Source: an uncultured Gammaproteobacteria bacterium (GTDB lineage: Bacteria; Cyanobacteriota; Vampirovibrionia; 2-02-FULL-35-15). From it: a DNA stretch of 64,000 nt. The translations under genes were made by a program, and so were the position numbers. The stretch spans positions 86,301-150,300 of the forward strand of contig CAZRTB010000002.1 in the NCBI GenBank assembly GCA_964602915.1, given 5' to 3'. Positions 18,671 through 28,265 of this stretch are shown piece after piece (within the stretch, counting starts at the first letter, position 1; each line of letters starts with the position of its first letter). The notes beneath the pieces are model-generated. The model made no database searches, was not told the origin of the DNA, and saw nothing but the letters and a program-made list of their open reading frames with translations.

Positions 18671-20464
18671 ATGTATAGAAAAATTAAAATTGTTTTATTG
18701 CTTTTCATTCTGATTTTCTCATCTTCATTTAATCTTTCTTCCTATGCATTTAAGAATACAAAAAAGAAAAATCAAAAAGCACAAAAAAGAACTGAAGAAG
18801 TTTCTTCTGATCAATTAAAAGCTAGTGCTGCTTATCTAGAACTTGAAGGTGATTCGGTTGAGTATGATCACCAAAATAATGTTTATATTACTTCAGGTAT
18901 GTCTATAGCACATATCATCGATCAGAATGCCACACTAGAAGCTGATGAAATTATATATTATGGAGCCAATGAAGAGGTTGAGGCTAAAGGAAATATAAAA
19001 ATTACCAGAGATGGAATAGTTACTACTGGAGAGTCTTTTAAATTTGATGTCACTTCTAATAAATATCTTTTAACTAATCCAAATACAACTGTTATGGGAG
19101 CTGTTATTAAGGCTCGTCTTGCAAACTCTGATAGCGAAAATAACATTGAGTATAAAAGAGGTACTTTGAAGTTAGATGAACCTATTAGAATTGCTCAGGG
19201 ATTCGGCGCAAGACGTAATCCACCTTCTTTTTATAGCAGAAGAAAAGCAAGAGCTTCGAAATCAAAGCCAAGCTGGGAAGATGTTTCAAAGAGTGATAGG
19301 TATAGAGTCTCAGCTGAAAAGATTCTTTTTGATAACACAAAAAAAATAAACAATTTAACTATTCTTGGAGCAAAATTACACTTTAAAAACTTCTCACTTC
19401 CAGCCTACCCAAAATTTACTACTACAGCTAGTTCTGATCCTAATGTAAGAAGTGCACCGCTTATTGCTCCTGTTCTTGGTACTCAGGGCGTTTTGGGTGG
19501 GTTTGCAATAGGACCTAATTTCAATTTAAATGTAACTGATTATCATATTATATCTGTTGCTCCTTTTGCTCAAATAGGTTCTCGTGGTGATAACTATGGC
19601 TTTGGTGGAAAGCTGGGATTTCATGGTCCAAACAGCTCTATTGAAGGAGCTTATGGCTCATTGAAAAATCGATATATATTGAGAGCAGTTCAAACAGTAG
19701 GAAGAAATACTCAGATTAGACTAGCTCATAACCAATATTTAGATGATGGCTTTATCGGCAGTACCCTTACAAAATATTTAGCTGAAGTTGTAGATAGAAG
19801 AAGAGTAAGACTTCCATTTACTGAGTCAGGTATTAATTTTAGAAGTTCAATAGGGTGGATTGAAACTGACCCTAATCTCGCCCCTACTAAGTATAAAAAT
19901 TTCTTGAAAGATGCTACAAACAATGAAACTGACTTTAAAAAATCAGCTTTTAAATTTCAAGAGCAAATAAACATTATTTCAAAACCAATAATTATGCTTG
20001 GAAATGATACTTTTAATACTGCTCTAAGAGTTAGAACTAGGGATGCTTTCAGAGCTTATTCTACTGGAAATCTTCAGGGAGTTTTTACTGGCGGTCCTTT
20101 GCTGGATAACACTGTTGGTCCATTAAGTTTTGAAGTGGGATATATCCAAGGTTTTGTAAAAGGTAAATCTCCTCTTCTCTATGACCAGTATATTCAGGGG
20201 ATGCAAAGTGTAGCTCTTGATGGTGATTTGAAAATTTTCGAAGGATTAAGTTTAGGTGGATATAGCACTTATAATATAAAAGCTGGTGAAGTCGTAGAAA
20301 AACAAATTAGAGCAAAGATAGGACCAAAAGATTTTAAGATGCTTGTTAATTGGGATGCACTCCGTCAGCAAACACAGTTTGGGTTAAACTTTTTATTTGG
20401 TCAGCCTGTTGATTTTGAGAGATTTGTAATCTTAAATTCTAAAGCTAAAAGTGGCGGAATGTAA
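18671..20464 (+). CDS. LptD/OstA-like outer-membrane protein (OstA-like N-terminal beta-jellyroll plus a putative C-terminal barrel)
   Basis: Signal peptide, then the OstA_N-like pattern LEADEIIYYGANEEVEAKGNIKITRDGIVTTGESFKFDVTSNKYLL. The C-terminal roughly 400 aa are rich in Gly/aromatic alternation. There is no canonical terminal aromatic residue. Confidence 0.4.
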   Translation: MYRKIKIVLLLFILIFSSSFNLSSYAFKNTKKKNQKAQKRTEEVSSDQLKASAAYLELEGDSVEYDHQNNVYITSGMSIAHIIDQNATLEADEIIYYGANEEVEAKGNIKITRDGIVTTGESFKFDVTSNKYLLTNPNTTVMGAVIKARLANSDSENNIEYKRGTLKLDEPIRIAQGFGARRNPPSFYSRRKARASKSKPSWEDVSKSDRYRVSAEKILFDNTKKINNLTILGAKLHFKNFSLPAYPKFTTTASSDPNVRSAPLIAPVLGTQGVLGGFAIGPNFNLNVTDYHIISVAPFAQIGSRGDNYGFGGKLGFHGPNSSIEGAYGSLKNRYILRAVQTVGRNTQIRLAHNQYLDDGFIGSTLTKYLAEVVDRRRVRLPFTESGINFRSSIGWIETDPNLAPTKYKNFLKDATNNETDFKKSAFKFQEQINIISKPIIMLGNDTFNTALRVRTRDAFRAYSTGNLQGVFTGGPLLDNTVGPLSFEVGYIQGFVKGKSPLLYDQYIQGMQSVALDGDLKIFEGLSLGGYSTYNIKAGEVVEKQIRAKIGPKDFKMLVNWDALRQQTQFGLNFLFGQPVDFERFVILNSKAKSGGM

Positions 20465-20633
20465 CTGAGGGTTACATGAAAGTCTAAAAACTTTATTAAG
20501 TAAAGGCAGATAAGTATGTTTATTAGTGATGAAAATATTTTCCTTTTTATAATGTGTTTTGCAGGCTTTGTCGCTCCACTTGCAGTTTATTTGGTTTTTG
20601 TGGTCCTAGCAGATTCAAAAAAACAGAAAAGCA

Positions 20634-22574
20634 TTAGCCAACTAAAGCTTGTTGAGTAGTGAATGTAGATGACTCTAAACCGATTGATGGCTTGTTCTTC
20701 TCATACCACAACTGAAATACTAAAAGATTCCATAATAGTTTTTTATTATCCCATTTTTCATCTAAGTGATTTTGAACAATTTTATCTATAAAGTTATGCT
20801 GAAATAACCCTTGTTTTTTAATGTAATCTTTGCTGGTGTAATGTAATAAAGTGTCTTTTAACTCATGCTTAAGCCATTTAGTTGTAGGAATAGCAAACCC
20901 TTGTTTTTTCTTATAGATAATCCATTTGGGGATATGTTTTTCTGCCATTTTTTTAAGAATATATTTTGATGTAAGTCTATTTAGTTTTAAATCATAAGGA
21001 AGTTTTGCCCCGAATTCCTGAATTGTATAATCTAGAAATGGTGCTCTAACTTCAAGACTGGTAGCCATGCTTGCTCTGTCGACTTTAAATAAAATATCAT
21101 CACTTAAATAAAGTTTTGAAATAAGATAAAGCATCCTGTCTTCATCGTTTGAAATAAATTTACCCCTTAGGTAATTGTTTATTTCAGTAAAAGTATTTTC
21201 TTTTATCTGAGAGCTAATATCAGGATTTAAGAGCATTTCTTTTTCGCTATCAATATATGCCCCCATCCACACGAACATTCTGATTTCGTTAGACAATCCT
21301 ACTCCTCTTAAAAACTGTTTTAATGCGAAAGGAAAGCTTAAGTATGTTTCACGTGCAGGTAGGTTGTTTGCACCAGAGAGAATTATATTTTTAATCTCAC
21401 GTGGGAGAACATTATATAAACCAATTAATCTATGAACAGGAAATATCTGATAACCTGCGAAAAGCTCATCACCACCATCACCGCCCAGGCAGACTTTTAA
21501 TTGTTTGGATGCAAAATTTGAAAGGAAATATGTAGGAAGTATAGAAGCATCTGACATTGGCTCATCTACTAAATCTGCCATATTAGGAATTAGCTTTAAA
21601 CACTCTTTACTGTCGAATAAGAATTGATTATGATCACTTCCTAGTTCTTTAGCAAACCTTGTAGCTATTTTTGATTCGTCAAAAGATTTTTCTTCAAACC
21701 CTATAGAAAAAGTTTTGATAGGATCAGAAGAATGATAAGTCATAAATTTTGCCACAAGACTAGAGTCAATTCCACCGCTTAAAAATACTCCCAGAGGAAC
21801 ATCGCTCATTAAGCGTCTTTTAACTGCTTCTCCAAAAAGTCTTTCTAGCTCTTCTGTAGCTTCCTCTTCTGTGATTTTTAATTTTGGAGCATCGAGAGGT
21901 ATATCCCAATACTGATGTATCTTTACTTCTCCGTTTTCAAGAATGAGAGCCTTGCCTGGCTCAAGCTTGTAAATATTCTTAATAATAGAATGTGGGGAAG
22001 GAATGTTTTCAAAAGAAAGATATTTATTTAGACCTTCAAGATTTAGTTCTTTTTTAATTTCGGGGATAGCTAAAACGCCTTTTAATTCAGAAGAGAAATA
22101 AATTGAACCGTTCTGAAGTGCATAATAGAGAGGCTTTACACCCATTCTATCTCTAGCTAAGAACAATCTGTTTTTATTTTGATCCCATATAGCAAAAGCA
22201 AACATTCCATTCATATGGTTTGGACAATCCAGCCCATATGTTTCATAAAGGTGGATTATAGCTTCATTGTCAGATTTTGTTTTAAATTTATGCCCTTTTG
22301 ATTCAAGGTCTTTTAAAAGGTCAGGGAAGTTATAGATCTCTCCGTTTCCTACCAATGCTATGGAATTGTCTTCATTAAATAAAGGTTGTTTCCCTGTTGT
22401 TAAATCTACGATACTTAATCTTCTATGTCCAAAACCAATGCCATTTCTGTCATCAAAATAAAAACCATCCTGATCTGGACCTCTGTGACTAATAGCAGAA
22501 GTAGCAGTTTCTAGTACCTTTCTATTTACAGGTTCTTTAGAAGTAAAATTATAAATCCCGATAATTCCGCACAT
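20634..22574 (-). CDS. asnB: Asparagine synthetase (glutamine-hydrolysing) family amidotransferase, AsnB/WbpS-like
   Basis: N-terminal MCGIIGIY (Ntn Cys2) with GHRRLSIVD, and a synthetase domain with the PP-loop FLSGGIDSS. Its position in a glycan cluster suggests sugar or uronate amidation rather than housekeeping Asn synthesis. Confidence 0.85.
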   Translation of the reverse strand: MCGIIGIYNFTSKEPVNRKVLETATSAISHRGPDQDGFYFDDRNGIGFGHRRLSIVDLTTGKQPLFNEDNSIALVGNGEIYNFPDLLKDLESKGHKFKTKSDNEAIIHLYETYGLDCPNHMNGMFAFAIWDQNKNRLFLARDRMGVKPLYYALQNGSIYFSSELKGVLAIPEIKKELNLEGLNKYLSFENIPSPHSIIKNIYKLEPGKALILENGEVKIHQYWDIPLDAPKLKITEEEATEELERLFGEAVKRRLMSDVPLGVFLSGGIDSSLVAKFMTYHSSDPIKTFSIGFEEKSFDESKIATRFAKELGSDHNQFLFDSKECLKLIPNMADLVDEPMSDASILPTYFLSNFASKQLKVCLGGDGGDELFAGYQIFPVHRLIGLYNVLPREIKNIILSGANNLPARETYLSFPFALKQFLRGVGLSNEIRMFVWMGAYIDSEKEMLLNPDISSQIKENTFTEINNYLRGKFISNDEDRMLYLISKLYLSDDILFKVDRASMATSLEVRAPFLDYTIQEFGAKLPYDLKLNRLTSKYILKKMAEKHIPKWIIYKKKQGFAIPTTKWLKHELKDTLLHYTSKDYIKKQGLFQHNFIDKIVQNHLDEKWDNKKLLWNLLVFQLWYEKNKPSIGLESSTFTTQQALVG

Positions 22575-22597
22575 GGGTTAGATTATAGCGTATCTTA

Positions 22598-24046
22598 CTA
22601 TACCTTTTGTATTTCTTTTTCCTCTTCTTGGACTTTAATATTAATTTCTTCAGCTGAAGAATGTAAGTTTGCTTTAGGCTTTTTATTATTAGTTTTTAGA
22701 ATATTAAGGATGATTCCCATACCCTCTTCAAATAAAACATTAATATCATGAATTGTTCTTATTTCAAGGATTCGACTAAGAATATAGTTTGGTCTGAAAT
22801 AGAAAGCTTTTATAGCTTTATTTCTAATTCTGTAGAGTTCTTCTTCTGGAAGAAAATGAATTTTTTCTGGACTATGACTCCACTCTGTCCCAGGTCTGAT
22901 TCCTGCTACGTTAAATGATGCAAAACTACAATCAATTTCTTTAGCAAAACTAACTGTTCTCATAATATCTTCTTCAGTTTCACCAGGGAGCCCTATTATA
23001 AAAGTAGCCGCTCTTCTTATACCTTTTTTCTTGCAGAGTTCAAACGCATTTTTAACTTTTTCTACTGTTATTCTTTTTTGGACATCTAAAAGTGTTTTGT
23101 CATTTATACTTTCAATCCCAAAAATTATCGTGTGACATCCTGAAGACTTCATGGCAGAAACCAACTCTTCATTTATAACATCTACTCTGGAAAAACAATA
23201 CCAGGAGAATTTTAAATCTTCTTTTACCATTCTTTCGCAGAGTTCTATAGCACGTTTTTTATTTGCTCCGAAGGTTTGGTCTCTAAAATAAAGTTCTTTT
23301 ACGCCCAATGATTTTAAGTACTTTAGTTCTTCAATGATTTCATCAACAGGTCTTACTTTAAATCCAAGATTATCATTTCTTATAGGACAAAATGAGCAGT
23401 TAAATGCACACCCAAAATCAGTCATTAAGTGAGCTGTAGGAAATTCTCTTGAAAAAGCATATTTGTATTCTTCTAAAGGAAATAATTCATGTTTTGGTGT
23501 AGGTAATGAAAACTCTCCTTTTGGTCTTGAAATACTACCACTAATTATTTTCCCATTCTCACTTTTAAAAATACAGTTTTCAATAGGTTTTGAATCTGAG
23601 TTATTTATTAGTTTAATAATTGAATCATCTGAAAAATCTAAAATACAACCATCAAAAAAGTCATTTTCTTTTATAAAATCTTCACCGTTATCTAAAAACA
23701 CATCTCCAGTTCCAATTATTTTCAGGTCTGGAATTAAGGATTTAATTCCCTGAAGGAATAATTTATCTTCTTTCCATGATATTGTCCCAACTAAAACTAC
23801 TAAATAATCAGGATTAAGTTTTAAGATTCTGTTTTTAGTTTCTAATGGAGAGTAATTTTTTACTAAAGCGTCAATTAAAGCTACATCAAAATTCTCTGAA
23901 TCAAGCCTTCCTGATAAATAAAGCAAATCCATAGGGTAGTGGATGTAACTGCTTTTTGAGACATTATTACAGTAGTAATCTCTAAGGAAAACCTCACTGC
24001 CAGGAGGATTAAGAAGTAGTACTTTAAGTTTATTTTTTGTTTGCAT
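22598..24046 (-). CDS. B12-binding domain radical SAM protein (class B)
   Basis: N-terminal Rossmann-like cobalamin-binding region, then the radical SAM CxxxCxxC motif (GCAFNCSFC) and a TIM-barrel-like remainder. Confidence 0.75.
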   Translation of the reverse strand: MQTKNKLKVLLLNPPGSEVFLRDYYCNNVSKSSYIHYPMDLLYLSGRLDSENFDVALIDALVKNYSPLETKNRILKLNPDYLVVLVGTISWKEDKLFLQGIKSLIPDLKIIGTGDVFLDNGEDFIKENDFFDGCILDFSDDSIIKLINNSDSKPIENCIFKSENGKIISGSISRPKGEFSLPTPKHELFPLEEYKYAFSREFPTAHLMTDFGCAFNCSFCPIRNDNLGFKVRPVDEIIEELKYLKSLGVKELYFRDQTFGANKKRAIELCERMVKEDLKFSWYCFSRVDVINEELVSAMKSSGCHTIIFGIESINDKTLLDVQKRITVEKVKNAFELCKKKGIRRAATFIIGLPGETEEDIMRTVSFAKEIDCSFASFNVAGIRPGTEWSHSPEKIHFLPEEELYRIRNKAIKAFYFRPNYILSRILEIRTIHDINVLFEEGMGIILNILKTNNKKPKANLHSSAEEINIKVQEEEKEIQKV

Positions 24047-24132
24047 TTTAAGTATATTTATTATACTGCTTAATTTTTTATTGATATTTAAACTTTATTA
24101 GTGCAAAAAGGCATACATATTACTTGTTTAAG

Positions 24133-25629
24133 CTACACTCCTGTAAGAGCTCTAAGTGCTTTTGTATATTTTGCTATGTCTTTTAGTCCTCTTATCCTTG
24201 CAAAATTTCTATAGATTACTTTAGGTTGTTTATAGTATTCATCAAATGCTTTTTTAAGAAGCTCTTGCATTTTCTCTTTTCCAATTTTTGGATTTACATA
24301 AACAGGATTTGAATAGTCAACACAACTATAATCTTTCCATGTAACATCGCTTCTTAGTCCACCATCATCTTTAGCTTGTTGTAAAAGATGTGATCCAGGA
24401 TATGGTACTGGTAAGAAAAATAATGCTGTTTCAGTTCCGAGCTTTTTAGCAAAGGAAATTGTAGTTTCAACATCGTCTACTGTTTCACCAGGAAGTCCTA
24501 AGATATAACTCGCCATTACTTGAATACCAAGCTTTTGACAGTTTCTTATTTCTTGCTCATATTTATTTAATAGATAAGGATTTCCGTTCGGATCATTTGG
24601 ATCGGGCTTAAAAGCAGATGAGTAAGATGCTTTTTTAATTAATTCAAGTGATTTAATATTCCCAGATTCAATACCAATCTGAATCATCCAGCATCCAGCT
24701 TTTTTTAATTCTGTTAGAAGTTCATAATCTAGCTGATCTGCTCTGGCATTACAAGCAAAAGAGATTTTAAAATCCTGTTTCTGGATCTCTTTAAGTAGAC
24801 TCATTATGAAATCTCTTCTTACAGTAAAAACACTGTCAAGAAAATAAATTCCTTTTGCCCCATAATTTTTTACAAGAAATTGAATGTTTTCAATTGCTCT
24901 TTCAACAGTAAGAGATCTTATTTTTCTACCTAGTACTGCTCCATGATCACAATAAGTGCATTGATAAGGACACCCTCTTTGTAAAACCATAGGATAATTA
25001 GGAAGATCAATATACTGAGTTACATGTGGAACATACTTTTCCATTTTTACCTTGTGATATGCAGGGAATGGAAGAGAATCTAAATCTGGAATCGGTGTTC
25101 TTGGAGGAGAGTATTTTACTTTATTTTCTTCTTTACTCCAGTAGGCCAATCCATCAACTTTATGAAAATCTTTTCCTTCGCTTAAACAATTAGCTATATC
25201 AACAAAAGTTTGTTCACCTTCTCCAGTTATTATTAAGTCTGCAGATTTGCATTCGATAACTGTTTGTTCAGGTAATGCAGTAGGGTGAACACCACCTAAA
25301 ACAATTATGGCTTCAGGAGAAACTTCTCTAATTGCTTTGACTGATTCGAAAGCATCTAGAGCTGAATTAGTCATGCATGTGATACCGATTAAATCATATT
25401 TATTATTTTTAATAAATTCTTTTAAGTCATTTATTTTATATCTTTCAACTAAGCAATCTAAAACGTCACAATGAAATCCTTTTGATTCCATATAGCCAGC
25501 AATGTACATAATTCCAAGTGGTGGCACATTGCCACTGCCTTTTTTAAATCTTCCCCACATAATTTCATCAGAAATTGGTGGCTGTAAAACTAGTGTTCTT
25601 ACTTCTTTTTTCATATAGTTTCTATGCAA
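24133..25629 (-). CDS. B12-binding domain radical SAM protein (class B), a second distinct copy
   Basis: It has the CxxxCxxC motif RGCPYQCTYC and an N-terminal B12-binding-like domain (GITCMTNSALDAFESV). It is a paralog in function but diverged in sequence from 22598..24046. Confidence 0.75.
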   Translation of the reverse strand: MHRNYMKKEVRTLVLQPPISDEIMWGRFKKGSGNVPPLGIMYIAGYMESKGFHCDVLDCLVERYKINDLKEFIKNNKYDLIGITCMTNSALDAFESVKAIREVSPEAIIVLGGVHPTALPEQTVIECKSADLIITGEGEQTFVDIANCLSEGKDFHKVDGLAYWSKEENKVKYSPPRTPIPDLDSLPFPAYHKVKMEKYVPHVTQYIDLPNYPMVLQRGCPYQCTYCDHGAVLGRKIRSLTVERAIENIQFLVKNYGAKGIYFLDSVFTVRRDFIMSLLKEIQKQDFKISFACNARADQLDYELLTELKKAGCWMIQIGIESGNIKSLELIKKASYSSAFKPDPNDPNGNPYLLNKYEQEIRNCQKLGIQVMASYILGLPGETVDDVETTISFAKKLGTETALFFLPVPYPGSHLLQQAKDDGGLRSDVTWKDYSCVDYSNPVYVNPKIGKEKMQELLKKAFDEYYKQPKVIYRNFARIRGLKDIAKYTKALRALTGV

Positions 25630-25718
25630 AGTCTAGCATAGTTTTTTTGTAGTTTAAATAGATAATATCCTAAATGTAAATATACAAAAAAAGTGACATA
25701 TTTAATACCTTATAATAA

Positions 25719-26612
25719 GTGTTAAATATGAGTAATGAAGAAAAAATTAGTGTGGTTCTTCCTTGTTTTAATGAAAACAGTGCTATTGAGAAAACAATAG
25801 ATGACATAAAATTTTTGCTTGAACCAATTTTATCTGAGATTGTTGTAGTTGATGATGGTTCTACTGATGGAACTTATCAAGTTTTAAAAAAAAGAAATGA
25901 TATTAAACTTTTGAGGAATTCATATAATAAAGGCTATGGTTTCTCTTTAAAAAAAGGAATTCTTTCTGCACAAAGCGATATTATTGCGATTACAGATGCA
26001 GATGGGACATATCCTATAGAAGAAATCCTATTAATGGTGAAAAAACTTGAAGAAGGATTTGATTTAATTATAGGTAAGAGAGATAATTTACAAAGTTTTG
26101 ATCCGTTCTTAAAAAAGATTTCAAGATTTCTATTTAAACTGATTGCAGAATTCGTTGCTGGTGAAAAAATATTGGATGTTAATTCCGGGTTGAGGGTTTT
26201 TCGCAAAAGTGTAATTTCTAAGTATTTTGTGAATACTTCTAGTGGATTTTCTTTCTCCCTTTCGACAACATTAATTTATATTTTAGAAGGTTTAGCTGTT
26301 TATTATCACCCGATTAAATACAGAGAGAGAATAGGTGAGTCTAAAGTTAAATATCTGAGAGATATTTTAAGATCAGCTCAGATCCTAGTAGAAACAATTG
26401 CTCTATATAACCCTATAAAAATCTTTATGTTGTTTGCCTTGAAAATAAGTGGTTTTGGATTTCTCTTATTACTTATTTCGTTTTTATTTGGAGTTGTAAA
26501 TAGTTCTTTGGCAATAACAGGTTTCTTTATACTTCAAGGACTTGCAGTTTTTACTTTTTCATTGGGGTTAATTTGTTTATTGTTAAAGAAAAGAATTTTT
26601 GCTGATAGATAA
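25719..26612 (+). CDS. GT2 polyprenyl-phosphate glycosyltransferase (GtrB/ArnC/DPM1-like) with a C-terminal TM pair
   Basis: ISVVLPCFNE, VVVDDGSTDGT and TDADGTYP (the DxD region), plus two C-terminal hydrophobic helices typical of GtrB/ArnC-type Und-P-sugar synthases. Confidence 0.75.
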   Translation: MLNMSNEEKISVVLPCFNENSAIEKTIDDIKFLLEPILSEIVVVDDGSTDGTYQVLKKRNDIKLLRNSYNKGYGFSLKKGILSAQSDIIAITDADGTYPIEEILLMVKKLEEGFDLIIGKRDNLQSFDPFLKKISRFLFKLIAEFVAGEKILDVNSGLRVFRKSVISKYFVNTSSGFSFSLSTTLIYILEGLAVYYHPIKYRERIGESKVKYLRDILRSAQILVETIALYNPIKIFMLFALKISGFGFLLLLISFLFGVVNSSLAITGFFILQGLAVFTFSLGLICLLLKKRIFADR

Positions 26613-28265
26613 ATGGCTGATTTAAAAAATTCAAAGTTCTTTTATCCCATATTAATCTTTTTAATTTGGCTTTTCATGTATATTATTTGTAACTCTTTGT
26701 GGGAACATCAAATATGGTGGGATGAAACTTCTTATCTAAGTACAGCTAGAGGAATTGTTAGGGACTTTGATTTCAGCAGTAGAACTACAACAGTTCAAGG
26801 GACTTTAAAATATAATTTTCCCCAGCATACCCATCATTACCCTTTACATTCTGTGTATATGGCAATTTTCCTTAAACTGTTTGGAGACAATTTAAATTCT
26901 GGGTATCTCTCTGTGTGGATAAGTGGTTTAATAACAGTTTTATTTATTTATCTAACTTGCAATTTATTCTTTCCAGAGAAAAAATTCCTTTCATTTATTG
27001 TTGGGATCTCATTTATGTTTTTCCCTAGGATACTTCATTATTTTGATTCGGGGATGATGGAAATCCCATGCTGTGCACTGCTTTCAATGACTTCCTGTTT
27101 CGTTTTTAAGAATCTTAAGTTAGGAAAAATAAATCCTTTTTTGATTGCTTTGTTTTCAATATGGCTTTATTGTTATAAAAGTCTTTTTGTTGGAACTGTT
27201 TTTGGCTTTTTAGTTTTAATAATACTTTCATCTGCTTTTAAAGATTTAAATATTAAGTCTAAATTTAATGGATTTCAAAATGTTTGTGTCTATCTTGGGC
27301 TTTTTGTTTTCTTATATATAGTTCTCTCCAAATTTATATTTTTATCACTAGCGCCCATGATGAATTTTCTATCTAGATTAGAAACTCCTGAGGGTGCTTA
27401 TGCGGATTTTGCAGGAGGATTTTTAAGTGATCCTTTTGGCTATATTAAAATAAGCCTTGCTATCTTGTACCAAAATTTTATAGTTAATTACTCTATTTAT
27501 AATGTTGTTCGAGAAAATGGACTAGATGCTTTTTATGTTTCTATTCCAAATGTCTATGAATATAATATTTATTTAATTACTATATTTTTTATAAGTGTAT
27601 TTCTAATAACTTTATGGAAGAGAATTAATTCGCTTGGAAGACTGTATATTTTATTTACAATATCATCAATATTCTTTATGAATTTCTTTTTTGCATTAAT
27701 TGCTGGAGGCTCTCCGGGAATACTTTGCAGGTACAATATTCATTTTGTCCCTAATTTATTAATTTCATTTGTAATTATTTTAAATGAGTTAAAAAATGAC
27801 TTTATGAAATTTTACTTACCAAATAAAGTAGCTATTAATATTATTTCTTGCACACTTTTTCTGATTGTTTATATTCCATATTATAGATCTGCAAATGCTG
27901 TTATGGATTGGGAGAAAAAAACTTATTCTGGTATAGCTAATGGGAATTCAAAACTAATAGAGAAATTTACAGGAAACACAAATCTAAGATTTATCTATTT
28001 TACTGTGGGAAATCATTCTACTTGGAATAATTACCCTTTAAGGGTTATAGCTATGGAGGCTACTGGTGAACAGATTAAGAAGCTGAATTATAAGCTTGGA
28101 GTACCTATAGAATATCTTTTTATTTTTCCTCATAATTATCTTTTTAAAGAAAATCAGGATAAAATCTTAAAAGCCCTTCCTATAATTGATAATTGGTATA
28201 CTTTTTATGGATTTGATAAAGATAGTAAAGTGTTTGTTTATAGGTTTAATCCGGTAAATAAATGA
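26613..28265 (+). CDS. GT-C fold glycosyltransferase, ArnT/PMT-like (PMT_2, GT39/GT83-like)
   Basis: Polytopic membrane protein. After TM1, the first loop carries WWDETSYLSTARGI (compare ArnT PDETRYAEI and the PMT DE motif). It starts immediately after the GT2 stop (26612/26613). Confidence 0.5.
   Translation: MADLKNSKFFYPILIFLIWLFMYIICNSLWEHQIWWDETSYLSTARGIVRDFDFSSRTTTVQGTLKYNFPQHTHHYPLHSVYMAIFLKLFGDNLNSGYLSVWISGLITVLFIYLTCNLFFPEKKFLSFIVGISFMFFPRILHYFDSGMMEIPCCALLSMTSCFVFKNLKLGKINPFLIALFSIWLYCYKSLFVGTVFGFLVLIILSSAFKDLNIKSKFNGFQNVCVYLGLFVFLYIVLSKFIFLSLAPMMNFLSRLETPEGAYADFAGGFLSDPFGYIKISLAILYQNFIVNYSIYNVVRENGLDAFYVSIPNVYEYNIYLITIFFISVFLITLWKRINSLGRLYILFTISSIFFMNFFFALIAGGSPGILCRYNIHFVPNLLISFVIILNELKNDFMKFYLPNKVAINIISCTLFLIVYIPYYRSANAVMDWEKKTYSGIANGNSKLIEKFTGNTNLRFIYFTVGNHSTWNNYPLRVIAMEATGEQIKKLNYKLGVPIEYLFIFPHNYLFKENQDKILKALPIIDNWYTFYGFDKDSKVFVYRFNPVNK

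Noticed and set aside
20516-20665. 49-codon hydrophobic ORF (MFISDENIFLFIMCFAGFVAPLAVYLVFVVLADSKKQ...) in the lptD-like/asnB gap
   Set aside because: It has a weak SD and overlaps the 3' end of asnB on the other strand. It is possible but unsupported, so I did not list it as a feature.
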